Shown: in pieces, positions 9,940 through 19,581 of the stretch
How the letters are laid out: each line of letters opens with the position of its first letter
Numbering within the stretch: the first letter of the stretch is position 1
Source of the DNA: Rhodothermales bacterium
Lineage (GTDB): Bacteria > Bacteroidota > Rhodothermia > Rhodothermales > DATKEJ01
Reading direction: 5' to 3'
NCBI GenBank assembly: GCA_965250215.1
Contig: CBDFNN010000004.1
Coordinates: 2,232,999 to 2,296,998, forward strand
DNA length: 64,000 nt
Notes under the pieces: generated by a model
Database searches by the model: none
The model's input: the letters and a program-made list of their open reading frames with translations, nothing else
What the model was told of the DNA's origin: nothing
Translations under genes and position numbers: made by a program

Positions 9940-10800
9940 GTGCGCTACATCCTCTTCATACCACTTCTTCTTTGTCTTTTTGCGCCTTCATGCGAAAAAG
10001 ACAAATCTGATAAGCAATCAAAGCTCACAGACTCTCCCTACGACTTTAACCAACCCGATGAGATATTCGAGCTTCCGAAATCTCTTGAAGAGATATCTGG
10101 ACTCAGTTTTTTTGACGACTCTACACTGGTCGCTATAGAAGACGAAAAGGCCATTCTATATTTCATAGATGTAAAGACAGGAGAGTTAAAGAGGACTCAA
10201 AAATGGGGTAAAAGAGGGGACTATGAGGATGTCCAGGTAATTGATGAGACTATTTGGATACTGCGCAGTGACGCAACACTATTCAGGCTTAAGTTGGACG
10301 AGAGCCAAGATATTAAATCTGTAAAGAGCTATGATACTTTTTTAGGCGCGTCCAACGATACAGAAGGACTTGCCTACTTGAAAGACAAACAACAACTGCT
10401 GATAGCTTGCAAAGAGTCCCCGGGAAAAGGGCAGTCAAGGACATCTCGATCGGTGTACGCTTTTGACCTAAAAAAGAAGAAATTGTTGAAGACCCCGATT
10501 CTATCAGTCGAGCTGGAAGACCTCGGTGGGATTATTGGCGCTGGCGCTTTCCATATTTCGACTTTTAAACCTTCCGCCCTACGTGTCAATCCACTTGACT
10601 CGCTTCTCTATATAGTCTCGTCTGGGAAAAAATCTTTGGTATCCTTCAGAGGCACATCAATAATAGCCATGTTTGACCTCCCCGGTGTTTATCATGAGCA
10701 ACCTGAGGGACTAGAATTTAATTCTCAGGGAGACATGTTTATTGCGAATGAGGGAAATGGTGGTCGTGCTCTTCTTTTGAGATATAATCGTAGAAAATAA
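9940..10800 (+). CDS. SdiA-regulated/YjiK-like beta-propeller lipoprotein (tentative)
   Basis: GTG start. Lipobox LLLCLFAPSC. The pattern LPKSLEEISGLSF..LVAIEDEKAILYFID..GDYEDVQV..DTEGLAY..PEGLEF resembles the YjiK/SdiA-regulated family. Confidence 0.5.
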   Translation: MRYILFIPLLLCLFAPSCEKDKSDKQSKLTDSPYDFNQPDEIFELPKSLEEISGLSFFDDSTLVAIEDEKAILYFIDVKTGELKRTQKWGKRGDYEDVQVIDETIWILRSDATLFRLKLDESQDIKSVKSYDTFLGASNDTEGLAYLKDKQQLLIACKESPGKGQSRTSRSVYAFDLKKKKLLKTPILSVELEDLGGIIGAGAFHISTFKPSALRVNPLDSLLYIVSSGKKSLVSFRGTSIIAMFDLPGVYHEQPEGLEFNSQGDMFIANEGNGGRALLLRYNRRK

Positions 10801-10856
10801 TCTTAGCTTTCTAGGAAGAATGTATCTTGAGCACCTCCTAACTATGAAATACAATT

Positions 10857-11480
10857 ATGACGGAAGCAGTAAAAGAATCGGGATCCAAGTCGACAGTTAC
10901 TGAAAGTAACGGCAAGGGAAAGACTAAAAAGAAGAAGGCCCCCGCCATGTCTAAGGGGGTTGAGACTTTGTTCAAATCATCGTATCGGACTCATATAGAT
11001 TTGAGTGCCCTGGCAGATGGAAAGGCGAACATGATGATAGGTATCAATGGTATTATTCTGTCGGCTATCCTTGCTTCTTTGGCTAGCAAACTTGACACGA
11101 ATGATTGGCTCCTCCTACCGTTTACTGCAATTCTTGCAACCTGTCTTGTCTCAATAGTTTTTGCTGTTTTGGCAGCTAGGCCTCGAGTACCAAAATCGAA
11201 TGCTCAGCTAGCTGATTTCAAAAGTGGTAAATCAAACTTACTCTTTTTTGCCAATTTCACCCGTCTCTCAGAAACTGAGTTCGTCGATGAAATGATGGAC
11301 ATGATCGAGAAAGACAAAGAGATATATAAAAATATGTCAAAGGACATTTATGGTCTCGGATCAGTCCTGACGAGGAAATTCGCTCTTTTGCGCAACTCGT
11401 ATACCTGCTTCATGATTGGAATTGTCATCTCGACAGTTCTGTTTGTATTCATGGGGTACACGGCTCCTAAAGTTCTTTAA
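10857..11480 (+). CDS. Stand-alone DUF5706/PycTM-like membrane protein
   Basis: Basic N-terminus KGKTKKKK. Then ETLFKSSYRTHIDLSALADGKANMMIGINGIILSAIL, ARPRV, NLLFFANF and KDIYGLGSVLTRKFALLRNSYTCFMIG. I recognise this pattern from the C-terminal membrane domain fused to HD phosphohydrolases and from Pycsar TM effectors. Confidence 0.6.
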   Translation: MTEAVKESGSKSTVTESNGKGKTKKKKAPAMSKGVETLFKSSYRTHIDLSALADGKANMMIGINGIILSAILASLASKLDTNDWLLLPFTAILATCLVSIVFAVLAARPRVPKSNAQLADFKSGKSNLLFFANFTRLSETEFVDEMMDMIEKDKEIYKNMSKDIYGLGSVLTRKFALLRNSYTCFMIGIVISTVLFVFMGYTAPKVL

Positions 11481-11540
11481 GCCATCGTCTCTTCATCTCG
11501 CTTTGTTTTTCTCTCCTGCCATCTCCGACTATAATTATTA

Positions 11541-14357
11541 ATGGCGGAAATCAACTCTGAAAACCATATGGCCCGAGCTTTTATTGCTTTCATTTTCTTT
11601 CTTGTTTCATTCGACTCCGCTTGGTCCCAGAAGAAAGCCCTTGATCATGAGGTCTACGAATTCTGGAATCGGATAGAAGAAAGGTCTATTTCTCCTGATG
11701 GCGACTGGGTCAGTTATAGTCAGGCCCCTGAAGATCGTGATGGCGTTCTCCATGTCAAGTCTGCCGATGGATCCAAGTCCTATTCTTTTGCTAGAGGGGA
11801 AAAGTCGATGTTTTCGCCAAGCTCGGAGCACGTCATCTTTTTGATCAAACCGCCCAAAGATTCTGTAAAAGCGGCCAAGAAGAATAAAGATAAATCAAAA
11901 GATGCTTTGCAAGATTCGCTACAAGTCCTGAATCTTGAGTCGGGGACCACTCGATCATTTGCGAATGTGATGTCATTTAAAATGCCGAAGGAAGAGGGAG
12001 CCTTTCTGGCTGTTCTTACAAAGGTAGAGCAGGAAGAGGATTCGACTTCAGCAGACTCCAAGTCAGAAGCCGATAAAGGAGATGAAAAGGAGCTCGGCAA
12101 CAGTTTGGTCTTGATAGATTTGGCAAATGGATCAAGTCAGGAAATTGATGATGTTGTCCACTACGAATTTGCCGATGAAGGAGGAGTCATATCGTATTCC
12201 AAATCAAGCAAGGATGGCCTTTCGGATGGCACTTATATGAAAAAGTCAGGCAACGAGGAGGAGTTCGTATTACAATCAGGGGAGGGAGAATATGAGGATT
12301 TGACATTGAATAAATCCGGAAGTCTAATTGCTTTTCTATCAAATCTGGATAGCTTCGATACTGAGGAGCCGGAGTTTAAGCTATATTTTTGGAATGGCGT
12401 CGAAGAGGATTCGACGCGCGTTTTGGTTAACTTGGATAGTCAGGGTATCCCGGACGACTGGGCTCTGAGTGAAAATGGTGAATTGTCTTTCTCTGATGAT
12501 GAGTCAAGGCTGTTTTTTAATACCGCCCCAAAAAGACCAAGTGAGGACGATGACGAGCCCGATAGCGATAGCGTAGATCTTGACGTATGGCATTGGCAAG
12601 ATCCACTGATTCAGCCAATGCAATTGGTTCAGCTTTCGGACGAAAAGAAAAGAAGCTATCAGGCGGTTGTCGATTTAGCCCGAGGAAAGGTCAATCAACT
12701 TGCAGATGAGTTAATTCCAAGTATAAATCTTGGTCCCGAGCAAAAGGGTGACTATGCGATCAGTAATACAAATATCCCATATCGGAAAGAGATCTCGTGG
12801 GAATTCCCACGGCTCCATGATACCTACTTGGTGAACCTAAATACCGGAGGTAAAAAACTTGCTTTAAAAGAACTTCAGGACCAAGCTAGGCTGTCAACAT
12901 CCGGAGATTATATCACGTGGTGGGACAGAAATGAACGAGCTTGGTTTTCACAATCGACTGAAGGCGGCTCGGCTATTAATCTAACGTCTGCGCTCGATGT
13001 TAACTTTTACAATGAATTACATGATTGGCCCTATGAACCAGATTCCTATGGTGCAGCAGGGTGGACAAAAGACGATCGATTTGTTGTGTATGACAAATAT
13101 GATCTATGGGTCTTGGATCCTGCCGGGCAGGAAGATCCTCTTTCCCTAACAAACGGCGAAGGGAGACAGAATAATCTTCGCTATCGCTATCTGAAACTCG
13201 ATCCTGATGAAAAGACTATTGATCCCTTCACAGAATCGTATCTGTCCAGTTTTGACACGGAATCAAAAGCTTCAGGCTACGCGATAATTAAGCTTGATGG
13301 AAGGTCAACTCCAAAGAGTCTTCTGAATGCAGACAAGCGATTCTCGAGACCTCTTCGTTCAAAGAATGGACGCCGAATGCTCTTCACACAGGAGACCTTC
13401 GAGGAATTTCCAGACCTCTGGGTTAGCGATGATACCTTTGACGGAATCACCAGAATGAGTGATGCCAATCCTCAGCAATCTGAGTATTTGTGGGGTAGCT
13501 CAGAGCTAGTTAACTGGACATCAGCCGACGGGAAGAGTTTGAGTGGCATGCTTTACAAACCCGAAGGCTTCAATCCAAAAAAAAAGTATCCGATGATGGT
13601 CTACTTCTACGAAAAGATGTCTGACAACTTGCATCAACATCGGGCACCTGCAAGTTCACGCTCCTCTATTAACTTCTCCTTTTATGTGAGCAGAGGTTAC
13701 TTGTTATTCGTCCCAGACATCCCATACAGAGTTGGCTACCCTGGTGAAAGCGCAATGAATGCCGTGATCCCCGGGGTGACAAGTTTGGTAGATAAGGGAT
13801 TTGTAGACTCGAATAGAATTGGTGTCCAGGGTCACAGCTGGGGTGGCTACCAGATTGCATATATGGTAACGGAAACCAACATTTTTCGAGCTGCTGAAGC
13901 AGGTGCTCCTGTTTCGAATATGACAAGTGCTTACGGTGGGATCAGATGGGGCAGTGGGATGAGTAGAGCTTTTCAGTACGAACGTACCCAAAGTAGACTG
14001 GGTGGATCGCTATGGGAAAAACCCCTTAGATACATCGACAACTCGCCAATATTCCAAGCTGATAAGATCGAGACCCCTCTTCTGATGATGCACAATGATG
14101 ATGACGGTAAAGTACCATGGTATCAAGGAATCGAACTCTTTGTGGCGATGCGACGCCTCGCAAAACCAGCTTGGATGCTAAATTATAACGGCGAAAAGCA
14201 TGGATTGAACGAGTACAAGAATAAGAGAGATTGGGCTATTCGCATGCAACAGTATTTTGATCATTACCTTATGGATGCGCCTGAGCCGGAGTGGATGAAA
14301 AATGGTATTCCAGCGACTCGTAAAGGAAAAACCTTAGGTCTGGACTTGGTGAAATAA
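11541..14357 (+). CDS. S9 family serine peptidase (prolyl oligopeptidase/acylaminoacyl peptidase-like) with a long N-terminal propeller region
   Basis: Signal-like N-terminus. Catalytic triad context GVQGHSWGGY (Ser), HNDDDGKVP (Asp) and GEKHGL (His). Confidence 0.85.
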   Translation: MAEINSENHMARAFIAFIFFLVSFDSAWSQKKALDHEVYEFWNRIEERSISPDGDWVSYSQAPEDRDGVLHVKSADGSKSYSFARGEKSMFSPSSEHVIFLIKPPKDSVKAAKKNKDKSKDALQDSLQVLNLESGTTRSFANVMSFKMPKEEGAFLAVLTKVEQEEDSTSADSKSEADKGDEKELGNSLVLIDLANGSSQEIDDVVHYEFADEGGVISYSKSSKDGLSDGTYMKKSGNEEEFVLQSGEGEYEDLTLNKSGSLIAFLSNLDSFDTEEPEFKLYFWNGVEEDSTRVLVNLDSQGIPDDWALSENGELSFSDDESRLFFNTAPKRPSEDDDEPDSDSVDLDVWHWQDPLIQPMQLVQLSDEKKRSYQAVVDLARGKVNQLADELIPSINLGPEQKGDYAISNTNIPYRKEISWEFPRLHDTYLVNLNTGGKKLALKELQDQARLSTSGDYITWWDRNERAWFSQSTEGGSAINLTSALDVNFYNELHDWPYEPDSYGAAGWTKDDRFVVYDKYDLWVLDPAGQEDPLSLTNGEGRQNNLRYRYLKLDPDEKTIDPFTESYLSSFDTESKASGYAIIKLDGRSTPKSLLNADKRFSRPLRSKNGRRMLFTQETFEEFPDLWVSDDTFDGITRMSDANPQQSEYLWGSSELVNWTSADGKSLSGMLYKPEGFNPKKKYPMMVYFYEKMSDNLHQHRAPASSRSSINFSFYVSRGYLLFVPDIPYRVGYPGESAMNAVIPGVTSLVDKGFVDSNRIGVQGHSWGGYQIAYMVTETNIFRAAEAGAPVSNMTSAYGGIRWGSGMSRAFQYERTQSRLGGSLWEKPLRYIDNSPIFQADKIETPLLMMHNDDDGKVPWYQGIELFVAMRRLAKPAWMLNYNGEKHGLNEYKNKRDWAIRMQQYFDHYLMDAPEPEWMKNGIPATRKGKTLGLDLVK

Positions 14358-14413
14358 CGCTATACTAAATCGACTTGTGGTCGGAATAGTACTCGTAAAT
14401 ATTATGCTGCAAG

Positions 14414-15889
14414 GTGAATAGGGAAGACTACTTCAAGAAATATCGAGACAATGTAATCGGCATTGATCAAGAATTTGACACACCATTTGGGAAGAAAAAA
14501 ATAGTCTATGCCGACTGGACGGCAAGCGGGCGTATGTACGGACCCATAGAGGACTTACTACGTGATGAGATAGCACCTTTCGTTGGGAATACCCATTCAG
14601 AATCAACTGTAACAGGATGCTCGATGACCCTGGCTTACCGCGAAGCCAAGGAGACAATCAAGAGGCATGTCAACGCATCAGAAAAGGACATTTTAATTTC
14701 TTCCAATTCAGGGATGACCGGAGTTGTCAATAAACTCCAAAGGATTCTTGGCCTTCGACTCCACGAAAGCTACATGGAAAATTTGGAAATCGAGGAGTCG
14801 AAACGCCCGATCGTGTTTGTGTCTCATATGGAGCATCACTCGAACCAAACTTCTTGGCTTGAGACTATCTGCGATGTTGAGATTATTCAGGCTTGTCCTG
14901 ATGGCAAGGTGGACCTCGACCATTTGAAAATACTTCTTGATCTTTACAGCCAGAGAGAGCGAAAAATTGCTGCTGTAACTTCGTGCTCAAATGTGACAGG
15001 AATAATGACTCCTTATTATGAGATTTCGAAGCTCATGCATCAGCATGGAGGTTTGTGTTTTGTGGACTTCGCGTGTTCTGCCCCGTATATCAGCATCGAC
15101 ATGCATCCAGAGGATGAGGAAGCAAAGTTAGATGCCATTTACTTCTCGCCGCATAAATTTTTAGGTGGACCGGCTAGCTCTGGGATTTTGATTTTCTGTC
15201 AGTCGCTTTACACGAACAAAATACCTGACAACCCAGGTGGCGGAACAGTCGATTGGACAAATCCTTGGGGAGAACACAAGTACCACGACGAAATTGAGGC
15301 CAGAGAAGACGGCGGCACTCCAGCCTTCCTCCAAACGATTCGTGCTGCTCTGTGCGTAAATCTCAAGGAAGAAATGTCACCAGAAATGATGCTTGCTCGA
15401 GAGGAGGAGATCATTTCCAATATTTGGGATAGACTGAAGGCAATTGACAATCTCCATGTCATGGCGGATCACATCAAAGAACGCCTATGCGTGATTTCAT
15501 TCTACGTCGATGATTTACACTATAACCTTGCTGTCAAGCTTCTGAACGACAGATTTGGAATTCAAGTTAGAGGTGGATGCTCATGTGCTGGTACTTATGG
15601 ACACTATCTTCTCGAAGTGTCCCGAGAGAAATCAAAGGCCATAACGGAGTCAATAAGCTGTGGTATTCTTTCTGAAAAGCCTGGATGGATAAGGATGTCT
15701 TTTCATCCCGTGTCCAGCGATGATGAGGTGCACTTCGTTCTGGATGCCCTCGAGGACTTGGCTCAAAATCATAAGTCTTGGGCAAGTGACTATCGCTATT
15801 TTGAGAGCAAGAATGAGTGGGTTCATTCGAATGGCGATACCCGGTCGATGGACATGGTCAATGAATGGTTTGATTTGTCTTTAGTCTAG
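14414..15889 (+). CDS. Aminotransferase class V-fold PLP-dependent enzyme (cysteine desulfurase/lyase-like)
   Basis: GTG start. PLP-lysine context [17 protein letters not shown]. Upstream motifs [11 protein letters not shown] and [10 protein letters not shown]. Confidence 0.7.
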   Translation: MNREDYFKKYRDNVIGIDQEFDTPFGKKKIVYADWTASGRMYGPIEDLLRDEIAPFVGNTHSESTVTGCSMTLAYREAKETIKRHVNASEKDILISSNSGMTGVVNKLQRILGLRLHESYMENLEIEESKRPIVFVSHMEHHSNQTSWLETICDVEIIQACPDGKVDLDHLKILLDLYSQRERKIAAVTSCSNVTGIMTPYYEISKLMHQHGGLCFVDFACSAPYISIDMHPEDEEAKLDAIYFSPHKFLGGPASSGILIFCQSLYTNKIPDNPGGGTVDWTNPWGEHKYHDEIEAREDGGTPAFLQTIRAALCVNLKEEMSPEMMLAREEEIISNIWDRLKAIDNLHVMADHIKERLCVISFYVDDLHYNLAVKLLNDRFGIQVRGGCSCAGTYGHYLLEVSREKSKAITESISCGILSEKPGWIRMSFHPVSSDDEVHFVLDALEDLAQNHKSWASDYRYFESKNEWVHSNGDTRSMDMVNEWFDLSLV

Positions 15890-15906
15890 CACAAGGATTT
15901 AGCTCG

Positions 15907-16614
15907 ATGTTCAACTCTATCGTAATTCTCACCGGAGCTGGAATATCTGCCGAATCTGGAATCCAGACCTTCCGAGCCTCCGATGGATTGTGGCATGAAC
16001 ACCGGATCGAGGATGTGGCTACCCCGGAAGCTTTTGATCGAGATCCCGATATGGTCCATCACTTTTACAATGTCCGGCGACAACAACTTTTGTCAGACGA
16101 GGTCAAAGAAAATTCAGCTCATCTGGCCCTTGCGGAATTGGAGTCGAAATTTTCAGGCAAATTCTTGTTGGTCACGCAAAATATCGACAACCTCCATGAG
16201 AGAGCTGGGAGTAAAAACCTCCTACATATGCATGGAGAACTCCTCAAGATGCGATGTCTTAACTGCGACGACGTTGAAGAGATTAGATCGGACCAAGGAA
16301 GGAAAAGCATTTGTTCTAGCTGTCGAGAACACGATGTTCTTAGACCCCATATCGTTTGGTTTGGAGAAATGCCGATGTATATGGAGACTATTAGCACAGC
16401 CCTATCTCAGTGTGATCTTTTCATTTCGATAGGCACATCTGGAAATGTGTACCCCGCTGCTGGATTTGTGCAGATTGCCAATCAGGCAGGTGCGCAAACA
16501 CTGGAACTGAATCTGGAGCCTTCGAGTCAAGGCTCATCCTTTGGACGGGCTAGCTATGGAAAAGCAACGGAGATTGTACCACGTTTCGTAGTGGATTTAT
16601 TTTCTAATTCCTAG
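15907..16614 (+). CDS. cobB: NAD-dependent protein deacylase, Sir2 family (CobB type)
   Basis: [29 protein letters not shown], Zn-ribbon cysteines CLNCDD..CSSC, and [10 protein letters not shown]. Confidence 0.9.
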   Translation: MFNSIVILTGAGISAESGIQTFRASDGLWHEHRIEDVATPEAFDRDPDMVHHFYNVRRQQLLSDEVKENSAHLALAELESKFSGKFLLVTQNIDNLHERAGSKNLLHMHGELLKMRCLNCDDVEEIRSDQGRKSICSSCREHDVLRPHIVWFGEMPMYMETISTALSQCDLFISIGTSGNVYPAAGFVQIANQAGAQTLELNLEPSSQGSSFGRASYGKATEIVPRFVVDLFSNS

Positions 16615-16737
16615 ATAAATATTGTTCGTTGTGGGCGATCAATACTCCTAGATCGCAATGACCAAGGATGGAAGGCGTGGCATTATCCTGACGAGAATCA
16701 GTGGAACCGAAATAATCTAGCAATAGTTTGAAAAGTA

Positions 16738-16769
16738 CTTGCATGAGCCGATTGCTTTACCTACATTTG
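16738..16769 (+). promoter_or_regulatory. Candidate Bacteroidota-type promoter for the tRNA (-33 cTTG, -7 TAcaTTTG)
   Basis: TACATTTG at 16762..16769 matches the TAnnTTTG -7 consensus. CTTG at 16738..16741 lies 20 nt upstream, within the expected spacing. The tRNA 5' end is 13 nt downstream. Confidence 0.35.
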
Positions 16770-16782
16770 GCTCCCCATACAT

Positions 16783-16854
16783 CGCGGGGTGGAGAAGTGG
16801 TATCTCGTCGGGCTCATAACCCGAAGATCGCAAGTTCGAATCTTGCCCCCGCTA
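16783..16854 (+). tRNA. Initiator tRNA-fMet (anticodon CAT), 3' CCA not encoded
   Basis: Hand-folded cloverleaf. Acceptor CGCGGGG/CCCCGCT with a C1:T72 mismatch. D arm GAGA-AGTGGTA-TCTC. Anticodon arm TCGGG-CTCATAA-CCCGA with three consecutive G:C pairs, an initiator hallmark. T arm GCAAG-TTCGAAT-CTTGC. Discriminator A, then CTA instead of CCA. Confidence 0.9.
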
Positions 16855-16858
16855 CTAG

Positions 16859-16890
16859 AAGGCGATCTCATTTTGAGGTCGCCTTTTTTT
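16859..16890 (+). terminator. Rho-independent terminator after the tRNA
   Basis: GGCGATCTC (16861..16869) pairs with GAGGTCGCC (16875..16883), giving 9 bp with one G-U and a 5-nt loop. It is followed by T7 (16884..16890). Confidence 0.8.
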
Positions 16891-16917
16891 GTATCATATC
16901 GAATCAATACCAGCGAT

Positions 16918-17298
16918 ATGAAAATTGAGCACCTCGCCATCTGGACCTCCGATTTAGAAATGATGCGTGAGTTCTACGAGAACCATTTCCAAGCGATATC
17001 GGGCCCAATTTATCACAACAAATTAAGAGGTTTCAAGTCATATTTCCTCAGTTTTGAATCAGGCCCAAGAATCGAAATGATGAAAATCGATTCCATCACA
17101 AAAATGAGTTTGGAGCCGTTTATTGGCTTGGCTCATCTAGCGATTTCTTTAGGATCAAAAGAGGCTGTAGATTCAGTAACAGAGAAATTCAGGAGTAGTG
17201 GTACTGAAATCTTAGGAGATCCAAGAACTACAGGGGATGGTTACTACGAAAGTCTTATTCTTGACCCTGAAGGAAATCAAATCGAATTAACTATATGA
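16918..17298 (+). CDS. VOC/glyoxalase family protein
   Basis: I used the internal ATG at 16918 (MKIEHLAIWTSDLEMMREFY), because the longer ORF 16789..17298 overlaps the tRNA and terminator. The C-terminal YYESLILDPEGNQIEL is typical of the glyoxalase/bleomycin-resistance fold. Confidence 0.75.
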   Translation: MKIEHLAIWTSDLEMMREFYENHFQAISGPIYHNKLRGFKSYFLSFESGPRIEMMKIDSITKMSLEPFIGLAHLAISLGSKEAVDSVTEKFRSSGTEILGDPRTTGDGYYESLILDPEGNQIELTI

Positions 17299-19523
17299 AA
17301 ATCAAATCAGTTCTGCTTTCGACTTTCACAGTCGTCTTAATAATTGGGAATTCTGGGACGCTTGAGGCCCAAAGTCCCAATGTTAGCCTTGAAGATATTT
17401 TTGTTGAAGGGAAGTTTAGATCGGAACGATTTGGCCCCGCCCGATGGCTCTCAGATGGTGAAAGATATGCGACTTTAGAAAGGTCTTCTCAGGGTACTTC
17501 AATCGTCGCTTATTCCGCAGATGGAGGTGACCGAGAGGAGCTGGTCTCTGCCAAAGAACTAACTCCCACAGGTGCTGAACGTGGATTAGGAATCGGCAAC
17601 TACATTTGGTCTAAGGACGAATCAAAAATTTTGATATTTACCAATACGCGAAGGGTGTGGCGAGCCAACACAAAAGGTGACTATTGGTATTTCAACCTTG
17701 AAACCAAGGAGCTCAAGAAACTGGGTCAGGAATTCGAAGAGTCGACTCTGATGTTTGCTAAGTTTTCTCCCGATAACTCACGAGTCGCCTACGTTCAAAA
17801 GCATAATCTTTTTGTCGAGGATTTGGATGATAGCCGCGTCAAACAGCTTACGAGTGATGGCTCTCGCACGATAATCAATGGGACCTTTGATTGGGTCTAT
17901 GAGGAAGAGTTCTTCTTGAGGGACGGATTCCGATGGAGTCCGGATGGAAGCAAGATCGCTTTTTGGCAGCTTGATGCTAGTGGCATCAAAGACTTTCTGA
18001 TGATCAACAATACAGACTCTCTTTACAGTTTTGTCGTACCTGTTCAATATCCGAAGGCAGGTCAAACAAATTCAGCCTCCAAGGTCGGTGTTGTTTCCGC
18101 CAGCGGTGGAGATACGAAATGGTTTTCATTATCGGACGACGAAAGGAATCACTACGTGGCGCGAATGGATTGGGCCTCAGATTCGAAGGAGATCATCATA
18201 CAGCATCTCAATAGAGCTCAAAACAGAAATGAAGTCATACTGGGCGACGTGGCTTCTGGATCACATCGGGTCGTCTATGTTGATGAAGACGACACTTGGC
18301 TAGATGTTGTTGACGATCTCATTTGGTCAACAGACGGACAAAGCTTTACCTGGGTGACCCAATCTGACGGTTGGAAGCACGTCTACAGAATTGATCGGAA
18401 AAGTGGAGATGCTAAGCTCTTGACTCCGGGTAATTATGACGTGATGTCCATTGTCGAATTGGATGAAGACCAGGGCCAGATGTATTTCATGGCTTCGCCA
18501 GAGAATGCGACTCAGCTTTATCTCTATCAGGTAGCTCTCGACGGAAAAGGCGAGAAGGTCAGAATTACTCCAAAAGCTCAGCCTGGATTTCATCGATATC
18601 AAATATCAGCCGGTGGGAAGTTTGCTATCCATAACTACTCTTCCTTTGATCGAGTCCCGGTGACTGAGCTCATTAGTCTTCCTGATCACAAATTGATCCA
18701 GCAACTCGTCCTGAATGAGAGTCTTTCAGGAGAGGTCGCTCAACTTAAAAGGCCAGCAGTCAATTTTTTCCAGGTCAAACTGGAGGATGGCTCAATGATG
18801 GATGGTTGGGAAATGCGTCCGCGTGACTTTGATCCAACAAATAAGTACCCGGTACTCTTTTATGTATACGGCGAGCCGTGGGGTCAAACAGCCGCAGACC
18901 GATGGGGAGGGAGTCGATATTTGTGGCATCACCATCTCACAGAATTGGGATACATCGTAATGAGTGTGGACAATCGTGGGACACCGGTACCAAAAGGCAG
19001 GGCTTGGAGAAAGTCGGTCTATGGAGAAATCGGGACTCTAGCTTCAATTGATCAGGCTACTGCGGTAAATCATATCTCGGAGATATCATATGTGGACTCA
19101 AGCCGAATCGGAATCTGGGGTTGGAGTGGCGGAGGATCGATGACCTTGAATGCCTTGTTCAGATATCCCGAACTCTACAAGATGGGAATGTCAGTCGCAC
19201 CTGTTCCAGATCAGAGGTATTATGACACCATTTACCAAGAGCGATATTCTGGCAATCCACACACCAACGCAGAAGGCTATAAGAATGGCAGCCCGATCAC
19301 CTATGCACAGAACTTGAAAGGGAAGCTCTTACTCGTTCATGGTACCGGTGATGACAACGTACATTATCAGGGCACCGAAGCATTGATCAATAAATTGATA
19401 GAGCACAATAAGCAGTTCGACTTCATGTCCTATCCTAATCGGTCACATGGAATCTTTGAAGGACGCGGAACGACTCTACATTTGTATACCATGCTCACCA
19501 ACTATGTAGCGGAAAATCTGTGA
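17295..19523 (+). CDS. Dipeptidyl-peptidase IV family serine peptidase (S9B)
   Basis: Signal peptide. DPP-IV N-terminal propeller motifs INGTFDWVYEEEF and WSPDGSKIAFW. Triad context GIWGWSGGGSM, VHGTGDDNVH and YPNRSHGI. Confidence 0.9.
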   Translation: MKIKSVLLSTFTVVLIIGNSGTLEAQSPNVSLEDIFVEGKFRSERFGPARWLSDGERYATLERSSQGTSIVAYSADGGDREELVSAKELTPTGAERGLGIGNYIWSKDESKILIFTNTRRVWRANTKGDYWYFNLETKELKKLGQEFEESTLMFAKFSPDNSRVAYVQKHNLFVEDLDDSRVKQLTSDGSRTIINGTFDWVYEEEFFLRDGFRWSPDGSKIAFWQLDASGIKDFLMINNTDSLYSFVVPVQYPKAGQTNSASKVGVVSASGGDTKWFSLSDDERNHYVARMDWASDSKEIIIQHLNRAQNRNEVILGDVASGSHRVVYVDEDDTWLDVVDDLIWSTDGQSFTWVTQSDGWKHVYRIDRKSGDAKLLTPGNYDVMSIVELDEDQGQMYFMASPENATQLYLYQVALDGKGEKVRITPKAQPGFHRYQISAGGKFAIHNYSSFDRVPVTELISLPDHKLIQQLVLNESLSGEVAQLKRPAVNFFQVKLEDGSMMDGWEMRPRDFDPTNKYPVLFYVYGEPWGQTAADRWGGSRYLWHHHLTELGYIVMSVDNRGTPVPKGRAWRKSVYGEIGTLASIDQATAVNHISEISYVDSSRIGIWGWSGGGSMTLNALFRYPELYKMGMSVAPVPDQRYYDTIYQERYSGNPHTNAEGYKNGSPITYAQNLKGKLLLVHGTGDDNVHYQGTEALINKLIEHNKQFDFMSYPNRSHGIFEGRGTTLHLYTMLTNYVAENL

Positions 19524-19581
19524 TAGTTAATGCCACAGATATTAGCATGCTTACTCTGCAATAAATCCAGATCTTGACAAA

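Noticed and set aside
15983-16432. A 149-aa alternative-frame ORF inside cobB, together with minus-strand ORF 16119..16397.
   Set aside because: Both overlap a confidently identified gene entirely and have no recognisable motifs. They are chance ORFs.
15907-16614. The Sir2-family gene as a possible NAD-depleting defence effector (Thoeris ThsA or DSR-like), possibly linked to the upstream PLP enzyme or the PycTM-like gene 4.4 kb away.
   Set aside because: It is a compact 235-aa CobB-type sirtuin with an intact Zn-ribbon and catalytic motifs. It has no SLOG, TIR or extra domains and no partner gene typical of those systems. The intervening genes are housekeeping peptidase and PLP enzymes.
16728-16928. 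ORF 16728..16928 and the N-terminal extension of ORF 16789..17298.
   Set aside because: Both run straight through the initiator tRNA and its terminator. The peptide segment RRSQVRILPP is the translated tRNA T-arm region. The VOC gene was re-started at ATG 16918.
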